From a virus (Duplodnaviria > Caudoviricetes), in the IMG/VR virus record IMGVR_UViG_3300048502_000015, positions 32,001 to 96,000 of that record: DNA of 64,000 bases; one strand, written 5' to 3'. This document shows positions 26,712-34,830 of this stretch, one piece after another. The translations under genes were made by a program, and so were the position numbers. Below the pieces are notes generated by a model. It saw only the letters and a program-made list of their open reading frames with translations. It did not search any database and was not told the origin of the DNA. How positions within the stretch are numbered: position 1 is the stretch's first letter; each line of letters opens with the position of its first letter.

Positions 26712-26792
26712 TACCCACAAGAGGATTCGAACCTCTACGCCTTTCGGCACAACGTTCTTAGCGTTGCATGTCTACCATTCCATCATGTGGGC
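26712..26792 (-). tRNA. tRNA-Leu(AAG)
   Basis: CAACG-CT-AAG-AA-CGTTG; long variable arm. Confidence 0.88.
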
Positions 26793-26861
26793 GTACCCAT
26801 CGTGGCTCATGGGGCATCCGGACTACGATGGCTATCCGGTTTAGGCCAACCCTTACTAACT

Positions 26862-26932
26862 CTCGGGACGCCGGATTCGAACCGACTTCTCAGGGAACAA
26901 GATCCCTGCGCATTTCCTGTTGCTAATCCCTA
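26862..26932 (-). tRNA. atypical tRNA with 8-nt anticodon loop (undetermined/pseudo)
   Basis: CAGGG-ATCTTGTT-CCCTG; canonical T arm; A2xG71 mismatch. Confidence 0.55.
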
Positions 26933-27112
26933 CCTCAATCCAACCGTCGCCAGAAAGAGGATACTTGGTCCGTTGGGGTACATGGCCACGATCCCGTCAT
27001 CGTGGACGGGGCACCCATGAGATATGCCAACGGAAAGTGATCCAAACCATTTTCAGAAGAATTCAGGCTATACCTGTTCAATCTACGCGGATTGTCTTCT
27101 AGGTTCAGCTTG

Positions 27113-27252
27113 CAGTCGTGGGAATCGCACCCAATGGCGGTATTACCCGTCCACTCTTCGTGGGTCCATAAGATAGCGGCCCTCTTGTACTCCCGGAGGC
27201 TTCACTTCTACGTATTCCGGTTTCCTCATGCATATCTTACTTATCTTCGACT
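27113..27252 (-). ncRNA. ~140-nt RNA with tRNA-like acceptor/T-arm ends and large multibranch interior
   Basis: TAGTCG...TGGG-TGCGATT-CCCA-CGACTG; internal AAGATA/TATCTT, CCGGA/TCCGG, CCAC/GTGG helices. Confidence 0.5.
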
Positions 27253-27255
27253 AAG

Positions 27256-27342
27256 TGCTGGCCGAGGGATTCGAACCCCCATGGATTGTTTTGCCCGCTC
27301 GGGTTACAGCCGAGTGCAGCTAACCGTATCTGCGTGACCAGC
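27256..27342 (-). tRNA. tRNA-Tyr(GTA)
   Basis: CTCGG-CT-GTA-AC-CCGAG. Confidence 0.85.
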
Positions 27343-27583
27343 ATAAATATAGATAACCGGGCGCTAAACCCAGTGGTTCTAATCACCCGCTTTATAGACC
27401 CTATATGTATTGTCTACGAATAGGCGGGGAGTCATCGCCATCCAGGGGGTTATTGGCCCACCTAAGTCTAAATCAAACTTCTGAAGTATCTTAGATCCTG
27501 GTCAGGCTGCGGATTGATTTGTGCCCCGGAGGGTTATTCCTTTTCGGAACCGCGTGGTTTATCTATGTTTTACTGCTTTCAAC

Positions 27584-27613
27584 AGTATATCAGACTTTCT
27601 GATGTCCTGTCAA
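27584..27613 (-). promoter_or_regulatory. near-consensus sigma70/SigA promoter for tRNA operon
   Basis: TTGACA-18-TATACT with extended TG. Confidence 0.85.
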
Positions 27614-27614
27614 G

Positions 27615-27688
27615 TACCCCTGGAGAGATTCGAACTCCCGACCTAGCCGGTAGAAACGGCTTGCTCTAATCCACTGAGCTACAAAGGC
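27615..27688 (-). tRNA. tRNA-Arg(TCT)
   Basis: AGCCG-TT-TCT-AC-CGGCT. Confidence 0.92.
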
Positions 27689-27754
27689 AAGATGGTTGTT
27701 TGTATTTTAGCGGCCATTCCATACCGCTTCTATAAGATATCATACTTCCAATTC

Positions 27755-27790
27755 AAAAAACAAGGCCCCAGAAATAAATTTCGGAGGCCC
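27755..27790 (-). terminator. intrinsic terminator (attenuator 3:4 stem)
   Basis: GGGCCTCCGAAAT-TT-ATTTCTGGGGCCT followed by TGTTTTTT. Confidence 0.75.
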
Positions 27791-27819
27791 TTGGGTCCAA
27801 GCATATTGGTTCCCAAGGA

Positions 27820-27879
27820 TTACAAGGCAAAGCCTCTTTGCGAATAATTCGGTAGTAATACTGGATCAGACATGTTCAT
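27820..27879 (-). CDS. putative 19-aa leader peptide MNMSDPVLLPNYSQRGFAL
   Basis: Follows TTGACA-18-TACACT promoter (27888-27917); ends just before terminator. Confidence 0.5.
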   Translation of the reverse strand: MNMSDPVLLPNYSQRGFAL

Positions 27880-27950
27880 ATATTATCAGTGTAGCATATT
27901 CTATTTTGTAGTGTCAATGAGGAATTAATTTGTGGGGCCGTCCGCGATAA

Positions 27951-28058
27951 TCATCTATACCAACGATCAGTCCATGGTCCAACAGTAGCGCTCCATATGA
28001 AAATTCCAATCCAACATATGATAACACCGCTAAATGTGATAACAAGCACTTCAATCAT
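27951..28058 (-). CDS. 35-aa TM peptide
   Basis: MIEVLVITFSGVIICWIGIFIWSATVGPWTDRWYR*; ATGA-coupled to MTase; SD AAGGAGG. Confidence 0.5.
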   Translation of the reverse strand: MIEVLVITFSGVIICWIGIFIWSATVGPWTDRWYR

Positions 28059-28630
28059 TCAGTCCTCCTTGTAGACCTTGAGTACCCGTCCGGCAATAAA
28101 ACACCTTCAAGCGGAACGACTGCACCATGCGCGCGAAACGCCTCAGAGAACGCGTCCAGATCGCACCCGTAGTAGATGACAGCACAAGACATTGGGGCGC
28201 CTTTGTGGTCCGGTCTTCCTGCGATATAGAATTTGACCCGAGGTTCGTAGAGGAAGCAAACTGCGGCGGCTCGCGGATACACGAAGCGTTTCCAATGGCT
28301 GGTGTTGGTAGCGACTGGGACGAGCGCGATGACCTCTGATCCTGCGGCCGCTGCCTCTGCGATCCGCGCGAACCAGTCCAGGATCCGAGTGCCCCTCTGT
28401 TGGTCGGAACCGTACGGCGGGTTGACATAGATCCGTTGGTAGTCCCACGACTCAGCCAGGCCATCGTGCTCGGGGAGTTCGTAGCTGACGCGCGCGCCCA
28501 CCACCGAGTGAGCATTGGAGCACGGGTCGAGATCAATGTCGCCTCCGAACGTCCGTCGGACGGACGCGAGAAGCGCAGGTGGTGTGCACCAATCCTTCGT
28601 CTCAGTGACTGATTGTCGGCCTGCGGTCAT
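28055..28630 (-). CDS. phage Dam-like N6-adenine DNA methyltransferase
   Basis: DWCTPP, DLDPC, YVNPPY motifs. Confidence 0.85.
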   Translation of the reverse strand: MTAGRQSVTETKDWCTPPALLASVRRTFGGDIDLDPCSNAHSVVGARVSYELPEHDGLAESWDYQRIYVNPPYGSDQQRGTRILDWFARIAEAAAAGSEVIALVPVATNTSHWKRFVYPRAAAVCFLYEPRVKFYIAGRPDHKGAPMSCAVIYYGCDLDAFSEAFRAHGAVVPLEGVLLPDGYSRSTRRTE

Positions 28631-28661
28631 GCGCGTTCAGCCTTAGTCCGGTTCTCGTCGC

Positions 28662-28841
28662 TCATTCGCTAGACCCGACCATCCACGGATCATCGTCTGT
28701 GCCGATCACGTCGTTGCCATCGGTCGGCAATGAAGTCTCGAACGGTGGGACTAGCTCGTGCTCGTACGCTGCCTGGTCGCCGCTCCGCGTCGGCGGCGTA
28801 ATCGGCCCGTCCATTATCCAGTCAGCGAGCTTGTCAGGCAT
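28662..28841 (-). CDS. 59-aa acidic hypothetical protein
   Basis: MPDKLADWIMDG...SSE*; below ORF-track cutoff; coupled to upstream ORF. Confidence 0.4.
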   Translation of the reverse strand: MPDKLADWIMDGPITPPTRSGDQAAYEHELVPPFETSLPTDGNDVIGTDDDPWMVGSSE

Positions 28842-29247
28842 CTGGCTTTCCTTCCTGCCTCTCAGACCCCAAAGCGCTCAACGGCTGATAATCGGGGATT
28901 GAGCGCCAGACGCCGTGATCGAGCCAGCCATGCCAGCCAGCGGGCGAATCGAAGACCGAAGGCGTCACGGTGATCGAGCAGCCCCGAGTGTGACCTATCG
29001 CAGCCGCCCGTTCCCTCTCGTCAGCCGGGCTACTCCCGAGCGGGTCGCCAGCCGACACGGCGCCGTCATCGTGTTCGGTGACCGACCAACGATCATCTAG
29101 ACGTCCGAGCACGCCAGTCGGCAGACATACCCACCAGTAGAGATCGGTGGGGTCCGCGACGCCCTTACCGGCGCGACCATAGTCCCCTGGTTCGTAGTCG
29201 TTGGGCACCGTACCGATGGGGACGCGCCTGCCCTGTAGCTCAGTCAT
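28834..29247 (-). CDS. hypothetical protein (DUF6527-like C-terminus)
   Basis: WSVTEHDDG...ITVTPSV...WHGWLDHGVW; SD GAAAGGAG. Confidence 0.5.
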   Translation of the reverse strand: MTELQGRRVPIGTVPNDYEPGDYGRAGKGVADPTDLYWWVCLPTGVLGRLDDRWSVTEHDDGAVSAGDPLGSSPADERERAAAIGHTRGCSITVTPSVFDSPAGWHGWLDHGVWRSIPDYQPLSALGSERQEGKPDA

Positions 29248-29512
29248 CGTCGCTCCTTTCCAGAATCCGTAGCGCCTCGGCGCAGACGATCCACTCTGAC
29301 CGGCCCAGACGCTCACGTAACACGGCCTCCCGGCTCTCCTTTTCGAGTTCTTCTCTGATCTGCTGATAGAGGCCGGGAAGGGCAGCCGCGAGGATTAGTT
29401 TCGTGATGCGCTGATCGAGCAGAATTACCGGATTCGTCATTCCGATGTTCCGTCGCTCTCTCCCGAGTATCCTCGCTCCAATTTCTATCGCTTCTTTGCT
29501 TGGCTCGATCAT
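29240..29512 (-). CDS. hypothetical protein
   Basis: Translationally coupled small ORF. Confidence 0.5.
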   Translation of the reverse strand: MIEPSKEAIEIGARILGRERRNIGMTNPVILLDQRITKLILAAALPGLYQQIREELEKESREAVLRERLGRSEWIVCAEALRILERSDDD

Positions 29513-29712
29513 CCTACCATTTCTCCGTGTAGCGGGCAAATATAGGAGTACCCGGTCTTTAGGACCATCTGCTTACCGCAAGACGAATACTCGCCTTCCT
29601 TCTTTGCAGTATTAGCATGACATACTGCTGTTTCGTTTACTACATGGCTTCCAGAAAGAGGAGAAGTCTTTCTCCCCGATCCGGGATTATATCCTCTAGA
29701 TGTTTGCATCAT
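29509..29712 (-). CDS. small Zn-ribbon protein
   Basis: CH..CGKQM...ICPLHG. Confidence 0.5.
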   Translation of the reverse strand: MMQTSRGYNPGSGRKTSPLSGSHVVNETAVCHANTAKKEGEYSSCGKQMVLKTGYSYICPLHGEMVG

Positions 29713-30017
29713 AGCTTCACCAGATCCTCAAACGTAAAGCCCCGTCCGTAGACATGATGCCCGTCAAAGTAGTCCTCGATTCCGTCATCGAAGAGAATTG
29801 TAACTCGCGGAGGCCAGTATACAGAACGGCCTTCGTCGTCAACATCTCCATCCGGATCGCTAAGCTGGATGATAACTCCCGACGATTCCTCTACAGGAAT
29901 CTTGTTAGGACCAGCAAGCCTTACTCGATCACCCTTGTCGAATGATTCCCATTCGGCGTCGTGATATCCATAGGCATCTGGCGGACCTTCATATTCACCT
30001 TGTTCAAAATAATTCAT
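29709..30017 (-). CDS. acidic hypothetical protein, leaderless
   Basis: TGCTATACT-6nt-ATG. Confidence 0.6.
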   Translation of the reverse strand: MNYFEQGEYEGPPDAYGYHDAEWESFDKGDRVRLAGPNKIPVEESSGVIIQLSDPDGDVDDEGRSVYWPPRVTILFDDGIEDYFDGHHVYGRGFTFEDLVKL

Positions 30018-30238
30018 AGATGAAGTATAGCACAACTTGATCACTAAAGCGAAAGAGCCTCCATAACGGCCCGCTCAGCGGACTAGGAGACTCTTTCTGG
30101 GAATGTCAGATGGTTCCTGACGCCGCTGGGAATTGCCTATCTATCCCGAGATACACACCCTTGGTTCCTGGCAACCTTTCTGACTACCTAAGTATAGCAC
30201 ATAGTCGTTAGTACACGTAAAATGTGTATTCGCGTACT

Positions 30239-31927
30239 TTATGCGCCGCAAACACCTGAACGGCAAAAGGCATCTTCCGACTCCTCAAAAGTTACTCCAG
30301 TTTGTCCTAGAGCCTCTTCGTAAGGAACTGCCGTCAAAGGTTGTCCTGCACGAGCGCCATCCGGATAACAGGTCACACCACGAAGTCTTGGAAGATAAGT
30401 CATCAGCGTATCCCCAAATAGTTGAACATCCTGATCGTCAACAACAGATGAAGGTAGGTTGATAGTTGATGAAATTCCGTGATCTACATAGTCCTGAAGA
30501 TCGGCCTGGAACTTGATCCTACGCTCATAATCATAGGAGAGCATGTAAGCATCCTCGATCTTATCGGGATCGATTCCATGTTCCTGAACCAATCTGTGGG
30601 CAGTTGGATCAATAACGTATTGGTACTTCCACTTTTGATCTGTATCAAGGAAGCGACGCTTCATCGCTGTACAGAACACTGGTTCAGCAGAAGTAGTGGT
30701 TTCTGCCACAATCCCAATTGTTCCGTTTGGAGCAATTGCCCGAGTCTTAACTGGACGACTCAGCTTATGCTTGTCTGCCCATTCTCCGGCTCGCTCAGTA
30801 GACGTTGTATAGACTTCCATCCATTCACGAAGCTCTGGAACCATCTCGTAACGATATCCACGCTTTAGAAGCCATTCATGGACACCCATTAGACCTAGAC
30901 CTAGACGACGGTTCTTTTCTCGTGTCTTACGAATCTCCTCATGGGGAAGATCTGAGTATACGGTTCCGGCTAGCAAGAATAGGGTTCCAAGCTTTACTAC
31001 CTCGGCAAACTCTTCTTTAGACTCGATACGAGAAAGATTGATTGACCCAAGACAACAAACGTCAGAATCATCTTCGCTAGTTATCTCACAACAAGGGTTA
31101 CGTAGGTTCTCTTTAGCATTCTGGCCAACATCAATTGAGAATCCTGGCTCTCCGTGTCGAAGCATATGTTCTGTGGCCGTCCAATAGACCCGGTTCGCCC
31201 AATCATGCTTTGGATGTTTTTCATTGTTGTACGCAAAAAAGAACTCGGTATCCAAAATGACAGAGATGTTCGTCATGTCTAAAGTAGCCGGAGCACTAAA
31301 GTCCTTTTCCTTCGCGGCCTTAACCTCATCTGACCAATCCTTAGAAGTGATCCACGAAAAGATATCGGGATGATTCCAATGGAGTCCTCCCCAAATAGCA
31401 CTTCTACGAGATCCTCCCTGCATAACATGACGAGCAACTTCGTTAACCATACATGCGGGAGAAAGAGGACCAGTTGCTACTCCACCAGTCTTCTTAATGA
31501 GCTTTCCGCTCTCCCGAATGTCGGAGTATACGACACCTACACCACCGCCGCTAGACAACGACAAAATAGACTTTCTAACTAGATCGGCCCATCCCTCTCT
31601 AGAATCTTCACATCTATAGAGGAAACAGTTGTTAATGTAATGAAGCTCATGTCCTGCCGAACGCAAATAACGTCCACCGGGCATAAATTTACGCTGTGCT
31701 ACGAGAGCTACTAACCTTTGAAATTCTGGGTCCCGATCCGTATACCCAAGTGCTCCTAAAACGAATCTAACTACTCGATAAGCTGTATCTGGCCAAGCTT
31801 CAACCGGGTTCTGATTGTCGTCTTTCCATGCGTACTTATCCGTGTACTGCTTGATTGCCCAGTCTCCCATTTTGTCATTCGGATCGATCAACTCGTGTGG
31901 GTCAAAGGTTAGTGTTGCTGCTTCCAT
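30239..31927 (-). CDS. nrdJ: ribonucleotide reductase, probably class II (B12-dependent)
   Basis: FMPGGR, NNCF, NPCCEI, IAPNGT, C-terminal CRSGVC; no small subunit nearby. Confidence 0.85.
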   Translation of the reverse strand: MEAATLTFDPHELIDPNDKMGDWAIKQYTDKYAWKDDNQNPVEAWPDTAYRVVRFVLGALGYTDRDPEFQRLVALVAQRKFMPGGRYLRSAGHELHYINNCFLYRCEDSREGWADLVRKSILSLSSGGGVGVVYSDIRESGKLIKKTGGVATGPLSPACMVNEVARHVMQGGSRRSAIWGGLHWNHPDIFSWITSKDWSDEVKAAKEKDFSAPATLDMTNISVILDTEFFFAYNNEKHPKHDWANRVYWTATEHMLRHGEPGFSIDVGQNAKENLRNPCCEITSEDDSDVCCLGSINLSRIESKEEFAEVVKLGTLFLLAGTVYSDLPHEEIRKTREKNRRLGLGLMGVHEWLLKRGYRYEMVPELREWMEVYTTSTERAGEWADKHKLSRPVKTRAIAPNGTIGIVAETTTSAEPVFCTAMKRRFLDTDQKWKYQYVIDPTAHRLVQEHGIDPDKIEDAYMLSYDYERRIKFQADLQDYVDHGISSTINLPSSVVDDQDVQLFGDTLMTYLPRLRGVTCYPDGARAGQPLTAVPYEEALGQTGVTFEESEDAFCRSGVCGA

Positions 31928-32263
31928 TTATCTTCCTTGTTAAAAATTTTCTGATGCTCGTGGGTATTACCCTCCAGAGTTAATCATCCATATAGGAGGC
32001 AACCTAGCTTGTTGGGTTGTCCTAAATTCATCATAGCAAACCATACCCAAAATACCGCCCTTGACAAAATATTCTCGTGTGATATATCGCGCGTGCGCGC
32101 GTATGATTATTCTTAAATAAGAAGAAACTACCTACAAATACACGAATAACTATACTAATGAATTAACTAAAATGTGTTACAAAATAGTGCCTAAATATTG
32201 GGCTAATATTTACGCTACGTGCGGGTATTATGGCAATCCAAAATGGTATGCTAAGATGTCAAT

Positions 32264-32569
32264 ATGGGATTAGTTTCCAGACAAAAATGTTCCTCGTGGG
32301 ATTTGTGGTTTGAAACCAAGGTTGATTCTCAGTCCAATCCGGACGAGAAATATGTAGTACTAATTCCTCTTCCAGATGATCCGGTTGAGGAATACATTTG
32401 TGAGTGTCAAGGATATATCCATCGAGGTAAATGCCGCCATCAACAGATAGCCGCTGATTCGCTTTGTCGATGGGATGGAGAAACTCTTCAGACAGAAAAG
32501 CAAATGCGTGATATGATATGTCCAAAGTGCGGCGATAAAACGATTTGGAGTACAGAGTGGATAAACTAG
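32264..32569 (+). CDS. SWIM-type Zn-finger protein, leaderless
   Basis: CECQG...KCRH and CPKCG; TGCTAAGAT-6nt-ATG. Confidence 0.7.
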   Translation: MGLVSRQKCSSWDLWFETKVDSQSNPDEKYVVLIPLPDDPVEEYICECQGYIHRGKCRHQQIAADSLCRWDGETLQTEKQMRDMICPKCGDKTIWSTEWIN

Positions 32570-33174
32570 AAGAAGTTTGTACCAAGTTAGGAAAGGCTCA
32601 CAAAGCCCAAAAAGAAGAAAAAGACAATCTAGAGAATGGACGAAATGAATTTTTCACGTTGGCGACAGAAACTTTGGAGAAGACAACTCTGGCAAAAATG
32701 GTTGTTGAATGGCCCGAAGGGGTGGACCCCTTGGAATATACCTCCCGGTACTATCCCGGATGGAGGGCAGTTAAGTTAGTCGATCACAAGGTTCAATTAG
32801 AAGAAGATCCGGCCCTTAAGAAGTTTGTTTTTGTTAATCCGGTTGACGGTAAGGTATACCAGCGCAACGCTATTCAAGGTCAACCTCAACTTGATGACGA
32901 ACTCCTTCGAGAGAAAGATCCGGACCTTTGGATCCGGATTACTGATGTTGAAAATCGTGCTTGGCTAGGTAATCTTCTTTACGAAATGAACGTAGAACCG
33001 GATGAGATTGATGAAATCCTAATTACTTACGATGCTCCACGGGTACTTAAACCAGCGGACGAACTTGATCCAGAAGACTTAGCTGCTATAACCGACTATT
33101 TGGTTCCATCCCCGATTACTCTTCGTCTTGAATCTCCTCGAAAGGCCACAGATGAAGAACTCCAAGAAAACTAA
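32557..33174 (+). CDS. hypothetical protein
   Basis: ~205 aa ORF in replication operon. Confidence 0.65.
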   Translation: MDKLEEVCTKLGKAHKAQKEEKDNLENGRNEFFTLATETLEKTTLAKMVVEWPEGVDPLEYTSRYYPGWRAVKLVDHKVQLEEDPALKKFVFVNPVDGKVYQRNAIQGQPQLDDELLREKDPDLWIRITDVENRAWLGNLLYEMNVEPDEIDEILITYDAPRVLKPADELDPEDLAAITDYLVPSPITLRLESPRKATDEELQEN

Positions 33175-33450
33175 ATGCGAACCACTACAGCCGAAAAATG
33201 GGGATTCAATTTTACCATCACCGACCTTGGTAAGTTTCTTGGAAAATCTCCTGTCACCTTACGAGGATGGGACAAAAGTGGATTTATCAATATCCCGCGA
33301 GAAGGAACAGACCGTAAGCTGGCATTACACGATATACGCGAAATTGCCATCGTTGCCAGAAAATCTCGACGTATATCTAACACTCGCTTTAACATAGTTA
33401 ATGCCGCCATCACTCTCTTAGAACTCATCGAACAGGAAAATTCAAAATGA
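33175..33450 (+). CDS. MerR-like HTH DNA-binding protein
   Basis: FTITDLGKFLGKSPVTLRGWDKSG. Confidence 0.7.
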   Translation: MRTTTAEKWGFNFTITDLGKFLGKSPVTLRGWDKSGFINIPREGTDRKLALHDIREIAIVARKSRRISNTRFNIVNAAITLLELIEQENSK

Positions 33451-34055
33451 AGCTAGCAATCACCGGAGCACCAGGATCGGGAAAAACTCAGACGGCCAAG
33501 AGCATCGCTCGTCGCCTAACAAAGGTCGGAGAAAATGTCAAAGTAATCGACGGGTACGTTGAGCGACTCCAGTTAGAAACTGGTTTAGCATACGGTCATT
33601 TTGCTAGCTATCCACTGAACTTTCAAATCCTCTTTAATCGGCTAATGCTTGAACAGAAGTACCAGAACGAGGGTTTTAGTACGATCACTTGTGGGTCAAT
33701 CTATGAGACAACCCTCTATTGTGCTCTCCACGGAAATCGTTCTTGGGTAGGTTCCCCTGAGGATACCCGCGCCCATATTGAGGGTAAGATCACGATGGAA
33801 GCTATCAGTATGTTTGAAACCATGACAAGTGATTACTTGCATATTTTCAGACTACCCTACGATAGTAAAAGGCTTGCAGAAAAGGAAGACGGATGGGATA
33901 CCGTTATCGACCAAAAGCTTCCAGAAGTTCTTGAAGGATACTTTCGATATGCTACAGTTCTAGAAGGAACTCTAAAGGAAAGAACCGATTTTGCCATCAA
34001 CATCATTAACGCCATCCAGACTCAGACTCCCGAGGATGAACAACAGTCAGTTTGA
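33447..34055 (+). CDS. P-loop nucleotide kinase-like protein
   Basis: ITGAPGSGKT. Confidence 0.65.
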   Translation: MKLAITGAPGSGKTQTAKSIARRLTKVGENVKVIDGYVERLQLETGLAYGHFASYPLNFQILFNRLMLEQKYQNEGFSTITCGSIYETTLYCALHGNRSWVGSPEDTRAHIEGKITMEAISMFETMTSDYLHIFRLPYDSKRLAEKEDGWDTVIDQKLPEVLEGYFRYATVLEGTLKERTDFAINIINAIQTQTPEDEQQSV

Positions 34056-34830
34056 CGAAGTTGAAACACTGATTGAACATTCTAAGTACTCCTCTCGGCA
34101 ATGCCCGACATGTGGCGTCTATTCTGAAGAGGCTGGACCCGGAGTTTACGAGTGGCCAGAAAGTACCTTTCGCCTTTGGGGAAAGGAATATCCCTGCGAC
34201 TGCGATTCTCAGATTACCTTAATGCGCCATTATCTTCTGGCCCATATGCCGGATGAGTATTGGCGGCTAAATGAGAAAGACTACTTCGGAGATCCAGAGG
34301 CTTGGAAAGAGACTCAGAAGTATCTCGATAACTGGGCCGGGATGAAGAATCATGGAATCGGCCTAGAGTTCTATTCTCCCCGTCAGGGAACTGGCAAGAC
34401 CTTCCTTGCAACCTATGTAGCACGCGAGCTAATTAAACGTGGCGAGCGAGTATACTTCATCACCTTCAGGAGCATCATCAGCCTTTATTCGAAGCCTTAC
34501 GAGGACCGCCAGATTGAGGAGAACCGTCTTCATAACGATACCGTTCTGGTACTTGATGAAGTGATTTCCCCGAACAGTCTAGCCCAGCAAAACCTCTTTG
34601 GAGACAAATTTGAAGAGCTTATTCGTGACCGCACTAACTATGGAAAGATTACAATTTTGACAACCAATTTGGTCCCAAATGAACTGGATGAGTACTATCC
34701 TCGTACATATTCGCTACTTAGTGCGAAACAAAAGCGGGTTAAGATCAACGGCGACGATGTTCGTAGAGAAGGAATGGGGCTAATCAATCTTGAATTAGCG
34801 GAGAATAACGAGTCGAGGCCGCTAAGCTAA
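34036..34830 (+). CDS. DnaC/IstB-like helicase loader
   Basis: CxxC..CxC; QGTGKT; LVLDEV; ILTTN. Confidence 0.85.
   Translation: MNNSQFDEVETLIEHSKYSSRQCPTCGVYSEEAGPGVYEWPESTFRLWGKEYPCDCDSQITLMRHYLLAHMPDEYWRLNEKDYFGDPEAWKETQKYLDNWAGMKNHGIGLEFYSPRQGTGKTFLATYVARELIKRGERVYFITFRSIISLYSKPYEDRQIEENRLHNDTVLVLDEVISPNSLAQQNLFGDKFEELIRDRTNYGKITILTTNLVPNELDEYYPRTYSLLSAKQKRVKINGDDVRREGMGLINLELAENNESRPLS

Noticed and set aside
19614-27337. Many 60-130 aa ORF-track calls in the RNA island (e.g. 19614, 20028, 22897, 23223, 26058, 26652, 27092)
   Set aside because: They overlap tRNA/tmRNA genes or lie antisense to them and lack start signals or protein motifs.
11700-27700. CRISPR array suggested by recurring GGATTCGAACC-like motifs
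   Set aside because: These are reverse-complement tRNA T arms; spacing is irregular and no cas genes are present (the 43767 nuclease sits in a recombination operon).
31928-32030. Cobalamin riboswitch or NrdR box upstream of nrdJ
   Set aside because: The leader is only about 95 nt and lacks recognisable B12-box or NrdR consensus.
32100-32230. Replication origin in the AT-rich divergent intergenic region
   Set aside because: AT-rich, but no clear iterons or DnaA boxes; explained adequately by divergent promoters.
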